Positions 8,394 through 16,545 of a stretch of DNA of 64,000 nucleotides are shown here, piece after piece. Within the stretch, counting starts at the first letter, position 1. Every line of letters begins with the position of its first letter. The notes under the pieces are model-generated. The model did not search any database. It worked only from the letters and a program-made list of their open reading frames with translations, and had not been told where the DNA came from. A program made the translations under genes and the position numbers. The stretch is from a virus, in the IMG/VR virus record IMGVR_UViG_3300045988_160394, positions 1 through 64,000 of that record; one strand, written 5' to 3'.

Positions 8394-8870
8394 ATGAAAG
8401 ATACATTAATAATAAGTGGATTTCCTGGCGTAGGTAAAAGCTATTTTAAAAACAATAATAGCAAATTAACTATATTAGATAGTGATAGTAGTAATTTCAG
8501 TTGATTAAAAGATAAAGATGGAAATAATACAAAAGAAAGAGATCCTGAATTCCCTAATAATTATATACAGCATATAAAAGATAATATGGGCAAAGTAGAT
8601 ATTATTTTTGTAAGTAGTCATGATGTTGTTAGACAAGCATTAAAAGATAATAATATGTTTTATTATTTAGTTTATCCTTGTAGATGTATAAAGGATGAAT
8701 ATTTACAAAGATATAAGGATAGAGGAAACAATAATTCTTTTATAGAATTTATAGATAAAAATTGAGAAGATTTTATAAAAGATATAGAAAAAGAAACGTT
8801 CCCTAAATTAATATTATTAAGAAGAGGACAACATATGAGAGATGCAGTCGCATTGTTAAGAGAAGTTTAA
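8394..8870 (+). CDS. P-loop NTPase / nucleotide-kinase-like protein with two in-frame TGA codons (8502-8504, 8763-8765)
   Basis: AAAGGTGG RBS; Walker A GFPGVGKS. The frame stays open for 158 codons if TGA is read (..SSNFS-TGA-LKDKDG.., ..FIDKN-TGA-EDFIKD..). A terminator follows the TAA. Confidence 0.55.
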
Positions 8871-8890
8871 TAGCTTCTCTTTTTATTTTA
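8858..8890 (+). terminator. Rho-independent terminator
   Basis: AAGAGAAG / CTTCTCTT stem followed by TTTTATTTT. Confidence 0.6.
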
Positions 8891-8912
8891 TAAAAAACTA
8901 GGAGGAAATAGT

Positions 8913-9029
8913 ATGTTAGCATTTTTTCAAACATTATTTGTAGGATTTGTAGGTTTTGTTAAGGAGTTTGTAAAAACTTTAGTTATTGACACTTTAGTTG
9001 GTGTTGTATTAAGACCAGTAGGATTATAA
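8913..9029 (+). CDS. small membrane protein (38 aa)
   Basis: TAGGAGGA RBS; hydrophobic. Confidence 0.4.
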   Translation: MLAFFQTLFVGFVGFVKEFVKTLVIDTLVGVVLRPVGL

Positions 9030-9059
9030 GATTAAAAATAGAATAAGGAGAATTATAAG

Positions 9060-9407
9060 ATGAGTAAAGATTTTAGAATTGAATTGTCTAAAAAAGAAAA
9101 AATAGATGCTTTTAGGAGAATGCCTCTACAAGTAGGGGCATATGTCCTATCTATACAATGTAGTAAAGTACATAATTGTACGCCACCTATAAATACATCA
9201 GTTTATAATTATAAAACAATGGAAGTAGCTATGTATAAAGACGGTAAAAATGTTTCTGTATTAACAGATGAGTTCTTTAATGATTGGGAAGATAGAGAAG
9301 ATTTTGCAGATTGTTATACATTATTACTTGATATAGCAGACAATGTTCCTGTAGAATTAATTCAGTCTTTAATAGATTATATATATAAGAAAAGCTTAAA
9401 ATGGTAG
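9060..9407 (+). CDS. hypothetical protein (115 aa)
   Basis: AAGGAG RBS; no motif. Confidence 0.55.
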   Translation: MSKDFRIELSKKEKIDAFRRMPLQVGAYVLSIQCSKVHNCTPPINTSVYNYKTMEVAMYKDGKNVSVLTDEFFNDWEDREDFADCYTLLLDIADNVPVELIQSLIDYIYKKSLKW

Positions 9408-9419
9408 GAGGATTTCAAT

Positions 9420-9719
9420 ATGTCTAAATTAGAAGATTTAATGGAGAAATATACGAAAACAGAGGATAAGGATAATGCACAATTTATAATGTCTTATGAT
9501 AAAGATGGTAAACAATATATAACTTTAATAAGAGATTATTATAAAATAAGAGACGGTTTCATAGATTTAATACAAAAAGAGATGAATGAATATTTAAAAG
9601 AAAAAGAAACTCTAGATAAAAAGAATGTAGATGTCTCAGTATATGAAGGATATTTAATGGGATTAAATAGAGCATTAGCTTTATTATTAATAGCAGAAAA
9701 AGAAAATAGTAATAGATAA
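9420..9719 (+). CDS. hypothetical protein (99 aa)
   Basis: TAGGAGGA RBS; no motif. Confidence 0.55.
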   Translation: MSKLEDLMEKYTKTEDKDNAQFIMSYDKDGKQYITLIRDYYKIRDGFIDLIQKEMNEYLKEKETLDKKNVDVSVYEGYLMGLNRALALLLIAEKENSNR

Positions 9720-9736
9720 GAAGGAGAATAATTGAT

Positions 9737-9949
9737 ATGAATACTTATATGATAAACTTTAACTCAAAGAAATGTAGCAGAGAGAAATTAAGATCTTTAG
9801 GAAAGGTAGTATACGAATCAAAATATATGGATGTGTTATACTTAAGTACTGATATGTCTATTGATGAGTTAAGAAATATAAACGGAATAGACAACGTATG
9901 TATAGAAGCAAAAGGTATTATAGATGATAGAATAGGATGTTATAGATAG
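9737..9949 (+). CDS. hypothetical protein (70 aa)
   Basis: AAGGAG RBS; no motif. Confidence 0.5.
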   Translation: MNTYMINFNSKKCSREKLRSLGKVVYESKYMDVLYLSTDMSIDELRNINGIDNVCIEAKGIIDDRIGCYR

Positions 9950-9958
9950 GAGATAGTT

Positions 9959-10120
9959 ATGAGAAGTGTTAGAGATGTCTTAAAAAAGAAAAAGTGTAAA
10001 TTCGTTTCTACTGAAGAAGCATTAAAGAATGTAGAGCCATTCTTTGATGAAGAAACTATTAAAAAATTAACGCATAAAGAAACATTATTAAAAGGAAAAG
10101 AAGATTTAATGAAAAGATAG
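9959..10120 (+). CDS. hypothetical protein (53 aa)
   Basis: TAGGAGA RBS; followed directly by a terminator. Confidence 0.4.
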   Translation: MRSVRDVLKKKKCKFVSTEEALKNVEPFFDEETIKKLTHKETLLKGKEDLMKR

Positions 10121-10121
10121 T

Positions 10122-10150
10122 AAAAAGCCCAGTCATTGGGCTTTTATTTT
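10122..10150 (+). terminator. Rho-independent terminator
   Basis: AAAGCCCA / TGGGCTTT stem, GTCAT loop, TATTTTT tail. Confidence 0.7.
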
Positions 10151-10166
10151 TATGGAGGTATTAAAA

Positions 10167-10853
10167 ATGGCTATTAAAAGAATATATTCTAAGGATAGAT
10201 ATTATACAATTAATGATGAGGAACTAGTTTCAGTTATAAAAGATCTTCAAGAAGTAAGAAAAAATGATGAAAAAAGACATGATATTCTAATTAAAGAATT
10301 ATTTAATCAATTAAGAAAAGTTTTAAAAACAGATTGTTATTTAACAGCTTCTATTGTAGATGATAAAACAGTAGATGTAATAGAATTTGAAGCAAAGGCA
10401 GAAGAAGATAAAGTCTTTACAGAAGTAAAAATTGATGATGAAAAGAAAAAACTTTATATTGAAATAGAAGAAGATGATATAATAAAGTATTATTATAAAA
10501 TAGTATTTGCAGGATTTGATGAAAGGATTGTATATATTTTAACTCATAAAAAGAAATTTTCTAAAAATGAAATTCATGTTTTATTAAAAGCATTATCTAA
10601 ACGTAACGCTATGAAATATTTAATGAATCATGATTTTAGATATGTAAGTGTGGATGATATTCATGATTCCGTATATAAAGACTTATTAAATTTAGGATTT
10701 GAAGATTTCAGTAAAGAAATGACTATATCTGGTGTATTTTGTGGTGGAATTTATGATGACTTATTAAATGATATAACGAAGGATATGACAGAAGAGGAAG
10801 AGATAAGAATTATAAAGAAATATTATCCTGAAAGTATGTATTATGAAGATTAA
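10167..10853 (+). CDS. hypothetical protein (228 aa)
   Basis: ATG 10167 follows GGAGG (10154-10158); the ORF-track ATG at 10152 has no RBS. Confidence 0.6.
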   Translation: MAIKRIYSKDRYYTINDEELVSVIKDLQEVRKNDEKRHDILIKELFNQLRKVLKTDCYLTASIVDDKTVDVIEFEAKAEEDKVFTEVKIDDEKKKLYIEIEEDDIIKYYYKIVFAGFDERIVYILTHKKKFSKNEIHVLLKALSKRNAMKYLMNHDFRYVSVDDIHDSVYKDLLNLGFEDFSKEMTISGVFCGGIYDDLLNDITKDMTEEEEIRIIKKYYPESMYYED

Positions 10854-10954
10854 AAAGGTGGTATGATTATGGGTAGAAATAAGAAATGCTTATCATGATT
10901 TGATTGAAAATACTGACCAATTAGAATATCAATATGCGAAAAGAGGTTATAAAT

Positions 10955-11248
10955 ATGGCAAGTAAATTAAAACATTACAAAATAACTCTTAAAAAGAACA
11001 AAAAAGAAATTGATGCTTATATAGAATCTTATAGAAATATAGAAGATGAACTAAAAAACAAAGCTATATTATCATTTTTTGATGAAAATAATAAGCTTGC
11101 AATAGTATATATGAAAGATATACATAGCATAAATTCAGAAGAAGAACATGATTATTTTACAGCATGTAATAGTTGTGGAAAAGGATTTATTAAATATGGT
11201 CCGTATTACGGCAAATGTATTATTTGTGAACATATGGATCAATGGTAG
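10955..11248 (+). CDS. zinc-ribbon protein
   Basis: ATG 10955 after AAGAGG (ORF-track start 10934); CNSCG ... CIICEH. Confidence 0.5.
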   Translation: MASKLKHYKITLKKNKKEIDAYIESYRNIEDELKNKAILSFFDENNKLAIVYMKDIHSINSEEEHDYFTACNSCGKGFIKYGPYYGKCIICEHMDQW

Positions 11249-11260
11249 AGGAGAGATATT

Positions 11261-11926
11261 ATGTTATCAATATTAACTAACTTTGGATGTCATTTTGGTT
11301 GTAGTTATTGTGTATACAGAGATAATGGAATACAAATACCTAGAACTTTTCTTAAGACTTTTGGCTGGAATCAGTTAGAAGAAGAATTAAAACAAAGAAA
11401 AGGAGAAACTATCTCTATATCAGGAGGAGGAGACCCTTTATATGAATATTCTAAAACATATAATATGGAGTTCTATGATAAGTTATTTGAATTATTAGAT
11501 AAATATGATTGTAAAGTAGAATTGCATACATCTATATTAAATTCTGATTTTCCTTATGACTTATGTGAAAGAGTAGTGTTTCATCTTAATATGCCTACTC
11601 AAATAAGCATGTTATTAGAAAGAGATAGAAACTTCTGCCCATTTCCTGATAATGTAAGAGTTGTATTCGTAGTACAAGAACATTATACTAAACATTTAAT
11701 CGATGAAATCATTAAAGAAATAGATGATGATGTTACTTATGAAATTACAGAATTATCTTTTAGACAAATGATAGATAAAAATGGACAACCATGCTATTAT
11801 TTGCATGATTATTTAAAAGCTGGCCATGGTGATAGATGGTATTATATAGAACAAGCTGATTATAATGAATACTTCGTTAATGATCATATAGAAAGAGAAT
11901 ATTTAAAGATTAAAGGAGATAAATAA
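11261..11926 (+). CDS. radical SAM protein (small, 221 aa)
   Basis: CxxxCxxC cluster motif GCHFGCSYC near the N-terminus plus SISGGGDPL (GGE-like SAM motif). Confidence 0.65.
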   Translation: MLSILTNFGCHFGCSYCVYRDNGIQIPRTFLKTFGWNQLEEELKQRKGETISISGGGDPLYEYSKTYNMEFYDKLFELLDKYDCKVELHTSILNSDFPYDLCERVVFHLNMPTQISMLLERDRNFCPFPDNVRVVFVVQEHYTKHLIDEIIKEIDDDVTYEITELSFRQMIDKNGQPCYYLHDYLKAGHGDRWYYIEQADYNEYFVNDHIEREYLKIKGDK

Positions 11927-11928
11927 AT

Positions 11929-12402
11929 ATGGTTTATAATATTTATAGAAGAAAAGTTAATAAAATATATAACGTATATAAATTAAATGTAAAAAGATAT
12001 CCTGCATGTTGTAATAAAAAAGATTTTTCTGATATTGTTTATAATTTAGAACAATTAAATAATGAAGAAGATAATAATTTTTCTAATTTCTTTATAGATT
12101 ATGAATATGAAAATATTGGCTATGAGAAATTTGCTAAGAAAACAGTAGAAGGCTCAGCAACATATCCAAATGGAATGCATTATGCTATAGGAGACAAAGT
12201 CTTTATAGGAAATGTTAGATATGAAATCATTGGAGTAGGTGATGGAATACTATATGTAGATAATTCTAATATAGTTAAAGAAATAGGTAAAAACGAATCT
12301 AATAAATTATATGAAGAAATACGTAATAAATATGAACATAAAGAAGAAATAAAAAGAAAAGAAAGTTTTAAAGATAAAATAATGAAATTATTTAAGAAAT
12401 AA
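11929..12402 (+). CDS. hypothetical protein (157 aa)
   Basis: AAGGAG RBS; no motif. Confidence 0.55.
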   Translation: MVYNIYRRKVNKIYNVYKLNVKRYPACCNKKDFSDIVYNLEQLNNEEDNNFSNFFIDYEYENIGYEKFAKKTVEGSATYPNGMHYAIGDKVFIGNVRYEIIGVGDGILYVDNSNIVKEIGKNESNKLYEEIRNKYEHKEEIKRKESFKDKIMKLFKK

Positions 12403-12424
12403 ATTATATAAGGAGATTTAGATT

Positions 12425-12988
12425 ATGGAAGATAAAAAATATGAAGAAGTTCATTTTAGAGTTGGTATTGATTTAAAAGCCGTTGTCGATGAATTATTAA
12501 AATATAGAGAACAAGGTAAGTTAGTTTGTACTGTGTTTAATACACATAAGCTTTATTCTGATACAGTTGAACTAGAATCAGCTTACAAACAAGTAACTGG
12601 TAAAACTTATACAGAGTTTAGAAAAATGCTTGAAGAAATGTTTAAAGAGAATAAAGAAAGAAGACGTAAACTTGAGGAAGAAATGCCTAAATTAATAGAG
12701 CATTATCAAAAAAGAGGTAAAGAAGTATTAGATGAAAAATATATAGAGGAATGGAACAGAATAGTTCCTTTTAGATTAGATGACTTGTATGAAGGAATGG
12801 AGCTTAAAAATTCATTAGAAATAATAGAAATGCTTAATTCTGGTTGTACTTTAAAAGAAGCTGAAGATAAGATGTATCAACAAGGTCATTCTGGAATGTC
12901 TTATAGATTAACTCTTGCATTAATAGATAGTTTTTGCGATAGAGGTAAAGACCTTAAAGAATATTGTTGTAAGGAGGAGAATAAATAA
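12425..12988 (+). CDS. hypothetical protein (187 aa)
   Basis: AAGGAG RBS; no motif. Confidence 0.55.
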   Translation: MEDKKYEEVHFRVGIDLKAVVDELLKYREQGKLVCTVFNTHKLYSDTVELESAYKQVTGKTYTEFRKMLEEMFKENKERRRKLEEEMPKLIEHYQKRGKEVLDEKYIEEWNRIVPFRLDDLYEGMELKNSLEIIEMLNSGCTLKEAEDKMYQQGHSGMSYRLTLALIDSFCDRGKDLKEYCCKEENK

Positions 12989-13215
12989 TGCATTTAGAAG
13001 TTAATATACAAAATTATGTTTTCTATGCTATATTATTATTTTTCTGTTTATGGAATACATTTAATACTTACAAAGTTAGAAATGAAACAGGCATAGAATA
13101 TAAAAGTAAAAAACATGATATAAAAATTACTAATAAACCTGCTTTAGTATTATTAATACTTTTTGATATAATTATATTATTAGCATTAATAGGATCATTA
13201 TTAAATATAATTTAG
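12988..13215 (+). CDS. small membrane protein (75 aa)
   Basis: TAATG overlap; two hydrophobic helices. Confidence 0.5.
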   Translation: MHLEVNIQNYVFYAILLFFCLWNTFNTYKVRNETGIEYKSKKHDIKITNKPALVLLILFDIIILLALIGSLLNII

Positions 13216-13225
13216 GAGTGTTATT

Positions 13226-13858
13226 ATGAAACAATATATATATCAAACATTAGCTAAGAAAAGATATTATTTAAGTATAAATAGGAGTAGTAATGGGTAT
13301 TACAACTTATTTGATTCTACAAAAAGACCAGATAGATTATATGGTTGTAATCTAAGAAGCATGTCTTTTGAAGATTTGTTTGAAAAAATAAAGTATTACG
13401 CAGATGAAAATTCCTTAAACCAATTAGGATATATAAATTATGAAATAGAACAAAACAATTATGAATTAGTTGACACAATAGAGCAAGATATTTCGTTAGA
13501 AAGATCAGAATTTTTGTGGATAGATGATAATAAATATGAAGTGAATTCTACAAAAGAAAATGAAGATGGTTCATTAAATGTTTATATCAATAAAATAAGA
13601 TTCACAGAGGAAATAGGTTTAAAAGAATGTGAAGACTTCAAAGAAAAAGTTGAAGCTATGAAATATATAAATAAGCAAGTTAAGATTATGCAAGAAGCTT
13701 TTTTAAAGATAGAAAAAAATAAAGAAAAAACTTTTTTAAATAAAGATTATTTAGATAAAGATTATAAAGATCACTTAGATGAAGATTATTCAGATGAAGA
13801 AACTAAAGATGATAAAAAAACAATCTTTCGTGAAAAAATAAAAAGGATTTTTAAATAA
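13226..13858 (+). CDS. hypothetical protein (210 aa) with KDY/D-rich C-terminal repeats
   Basis: TAGGAG RBS; LNKDYLDKDYKDHLDEDYSDEE low-complexity tail. Confidence 0.55.
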   Translation: MKQYIYQTLAKKRYYLSINRSSNGYYNLFDSTKRPDRLYGCNLRSMSFEDLFEKIKYYADENSLNQLGYINYEIEQNNYELVDTIEQDISLERSEFLWIDDNKYEVNSTKENEDGSLNVYINKIRFTEEIGLKECEDFKEKVEAMKYINKQVKIMQEAFLKIEKNKEKTFLNKDYLDKDYKDHLDEDYSDEETKDDKKTIFREKIKRIFK

Positions 13859-13862
13859 AATT

Positions 13863-13988
13863 ATGTTAGATAAGTTAATTAAAAAATATGGCATCGTATT
13901 AGTAATACTTTACGGTGCCATTTTAGTTGAAACTTTTCTTTGTATAATCTTATATATTGTATTATTAAAAGTTAGAGGAGTATTATAG
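13863..13988 (+). CDS. small membrane protein (41 aa)
   Basis: Hydrophobic; fills an ORF-track gap; weak RBS. Confidence 0.35.
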   Translation: MLDKLIKKYGIVLVILYGAILVETFLCIILYIVLLKVRGVL

Positions 13989-13990
13989 TT

Positions 13991-14191
13991 ATGTTTTATT
14001 TTTTTGTATTTATAGCATGGATATTAAGCATTTATTTAAGTTATGATTTTATAGTTAAATTAAAACCCAAACAATCTTGGGTAAGAATCAAAGGTAAAAA
14101 AATATACTTAGATAGAACTTGTTTAATAACTATAACAGTTTTTATGTCAACATATTATACAATATTATTATTAGAAAAATTTATATTATAG
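13991..14191 (+). CDS. small membrane protein (66 aa)
   Basis: AGAGGAG RBS; two TM helices. Confidence 0.45.
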   Translation: MFYFFVFIAWILSIYLSYDFIVKLKPKQSWVRIKGKKIYLDRTCLITITVFMSTYYTILLLEKFIL

Positions 14192-14203
14192 GAGGATAAC
14201 ATT

Positions 14204-15550
14204 ATGATTATAAAGTTACCTAAAGATGTTCAATTAATATTATCAGAATTAAATAATGCAGGATATAAAGCATATGTAGTTGGAGGTTGTATTAGAGATA
14301 GGCTGTTAGGATTAAGACCTAAAGACTGGGATGTAACAACTAATGCTACTCCTAAACAAATGATGAAAGTATTTAAAGGTTATAAAATAATACCTACAGG
14401 AATAAAACATGGTACTATAACTGTTATGATTAATAACGAAGGCTATGAAATAACAACTTTTAGAGCTGAATCGGAATATGATGAGCATAGAAGACCTGAG
14501 AAAGTTGTTTTTATAGATGATATTAAAGAAGATCTAGCTAGAAGAGATTTTACTATAAATGCAATAGCTTATCATCCAGAAGAAGGATTGATAGATCCAT
14601 TTAATGGAGCAGAAGATTTAGTATTAAAAAAGATAAAGACAGTAAGAAGATTTGGAGAAGAGATTAATGCTAGATTTATAGAGGACCCATTAAGAGCTTT
14701 TAGAGCATTTAGATTTGCTGCAAGATATGGGTTTGAAATATGTAGTGGTACATTAATAGCTATTGAATCTTTAGAAAAAGAAGATTTTAAATGTCTATCT
14801 AAAGAAAGAATTAGAGACGAAATTAGTAAAATAATATTACACAATCCTTTAATGTTAGATAGAATGAGTTTTAATATGTTAGACGTTGCATTCCCTGATT
14901 TAATATACAATCTATATGTAAAACAGAATCATCCTTATCATATATATAATGTATATGTTCATACCATAAAAGCAGTCATGGAATGTTATGATTCATTAGA
15001 ATTAAGATTAGCTGCATTACTTCATGATGTAGGAAAGAGAGATACTAAGACTGTAGATGATTCAGGGATTACTCATTTCTACGGACATCCTAAAAAATCT
15101 GCCGAGATGGCAGAAAAATATCTTAAAGAGTTAAGATATGATAATAAAACTGTAGAAAAGATTGTTACTGCAATAAAATATCATGATTGTGAATTAAATT
15201 CTAAAAAAGCTATTAAAAGAATAATTAGTAGAATAGGTATAGAAAATTTTGAATTATTATTAGATTTAAAGACTGTAGATATATTAGCTCAAAATCCTAA
15301 ATACAAAAAGGAAAGAATGTGTCAATTATGGGATGCAGTAGAGATATTAAATGAAATAAGAAGAAATAATGAATGTATAGGATTGAAAGACTTAGCTATT
15401 AAAGGTGGAGATTTAATAAAATTAGGTATGAAAGAAGGTCCTGAAATAGGTCAAATGTTATTTAAGCTATTAGATAAAGTATTAGAGAATCCTGAGCTTA
15501 ATAATAAAGATGATTTAATAAAGTTATATAATGAATTGAAAGATTTATAG
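14204..15550 (+). CDS. cca: CCA-adding tRNA nucleotidyltransferase with HD domain
   Basis: Pol-beta head GGCIRDRLLG..PKDWDVTT, RRDFTINA, and a C-terminal HD region (HP..H...LLHDVGK); 448 aa is typical. Confidence 0.9.
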   Translation: MIIKLPKDVQLILSELNNAGYKAYVVGGCIRDRLLGLRPKDWDVTTNATPKQMMKVFKGYKIIPTGIKHGTITVMINNEGYEITTFRAESEYDEHRRPEKVVFIDDIKEDLARRDFTINAIAYHPEEGLIDPFNGAEDLVLKKIKTVRRFGEEINARFIEDPLRAFRAFRFAARYGFEICSGTLIAIESLEKEDFKCLSKERIRDEISKIILHNPLMLDRMSFNMLDVAFPDLIYNLYVKQNHPYHIYNVYVHTIKAVMECYDSLELRLAALLHDVGKRDTKTVDDSGITHFYGHPKKSAEMAEKYLKELRYDNKTVEKIVTAIKYHDCELNSKKAIKRIISRIGIENFELLLDLKTVDILAQNPKYKKERMCQLWDAVEILNEIRRNNECIGLKDLAIKGGDLIKLGMKEGPEIGQMLFKLLDKVLENPELNNKDDLIKLYNELKDL

Positions 15551-15563
15551 GAGGATATTATCA

Positions 15564-16049
15564 ATGAGTAATAAAGATTTAGAAACAAGAAGAAAAGAGT
15601 TAGAGAAGGATATACAGGAAGCTAGAAATGAGTTATATATTTTAAACGAGGAACATGTAAAACAATTAAAAGCTAAGTGTGAGGAACGTATAGGAGAAGC
15701 TTATAAAATTGTTTATGACGATAATATAAGAAGTATTAATTGTGGGAAAGCATATTATTTAATGATAATAGATACAGACGAAATTAAACATCAATTAGTA
15801 GGCAATACTTTGTTTAATCAATATCAATTTAAAGTATTAATTTTTTCTTTAGATGATATAGGTAAAGAATATCCTATAAAAACAGAAATGAGACATTTAT
15901 ATAAGATTATAAATAGATATTCATCAAAACCTAAAGATAGTAGAATACCTTACGATAGTTTTACTAGTAAAGAGATAACAATGAAAGAATTTCTTGAAAA
16001 AGCAAAAGAAGCTCATGCAATATGGGCAAAGAATATAACAGAGGTTTAA
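15564..16049 (+). CDS. hypothetical protein (161 aa)
   Basis: TAGGAGGA RBS; N-terminal coiled coil. Confidence 0.55.
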   Translation: MSNKDLETRRKELEKDIQEARNELYILNEEHVKQLKAKCEERIGEAYKIVYDDNIRSINCGKAYYLMIIDTDEIKHQLVGNTLFNQYQFKVLIFSLDDIGKEYPIKTEMRHLYKIINRYSSKPKDSRIPYDSFTSKEITMKEFLEKAKEAHAIWAKNITEV

Positions 16050-16064
16050 TAGCCTCTGTTTTTG
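16037..16064 (+). terminator. Rho-independent terminator
   Basis: ACAGAGG / CCTCTGT stem, 8-nt loop, TTTT tail; overlaps the stop codon. Confidence 0.6.
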
Positions 16065-16090
16065 AATTAAAATAATAGGAGACACAAAAG

Positions 16091-16207
16091 ATGGGGAGAG
16101 TAGCAAAATTGAATAATAGAAAATCTAATCAAAAAAGAAGAAGAATTATTTTAGTTTATTACATAGTATTAGCACTATGCATTACTTTTTTATTGAAAAT
16201 ATCATAG
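16091..16207 (+). CDS. small membrane protein (38 aa)
   Basis: TAGGAGA RBS; basic N-terminus followed by one TM helix. Confidence 0.35.
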   Translation: MGRVAKLNNRKSNQKRRRIILVYYIVLALCITFLLKIS

Positions 16208-16220
16208 GAGGTAATTTATT

Positions 16221-16538
16221 ATGAATTTAAAAGGTATTATAGTACCAGATTACATAAAATATAAAGATAATATTTATAAATTAGATAAAGATACTTTATG
16301 TTATAAAAATCCTCTTGTAGGTGGAATGAGGATAGCGGTAGCAAGTTTTTCAAATAATATTATAACTTCAGTTGTATTAAATACGGAATGTGATTATTCA
16401 TCGTCAACTGAAGAAGAATATAATCAGCATAACGATAATATAAGAAAATTAAAAATAGAATATAATGAACAAGAAATAGATAATCTAGAAAAAAGAATAG
16501 ATGAATTAAAAAAAGAAATTGATAAGTTAAAGGAGTAA
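16221..16538 (+). CDS. hypothetical protein (105 aa)
   Basis: TAGGAGG RBS; C-terminal coiled coil. Confidence 0.5.
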   Translation: MNLKGIIVPDYIKYKDNIYKLDKDTLCYKNPLVGGMRIAVASFSNNIITSVVLNTECDYSSSTEEEYNQHNDNIRKLKIEYNEQEIDNLEKRIDELKKEIDKLKE

Positions 16539-16545
16539 TTTTATT

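Noticed and set aside
8502-8504. Selenocysteine as the meaning of the in-frame TGAs
   Set aside because: No conserved SECIS-like hairpin follows the TGAs, the contexts do not correspond to redox-active Cys positions, and no selenoprotein family is involved.
10858-10954. Possible micro-ORF with one or more in-frame TGAs between 10853 and 10955
   Set aside because: Two alternative frames are both open only if TGA is read, the start codon sits too close to the putative RBS, and no motif is present. The evidence is too weak to report as a gene.
11261-11926. Calling the radical SAM protein QueE or a viperin-like enzyme
   Set aside because: It lacks the QueE N-terminal QGEG/substrate motifs and the longer viperin C-terminal domain. 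Only the generic radical SAM core is supported.
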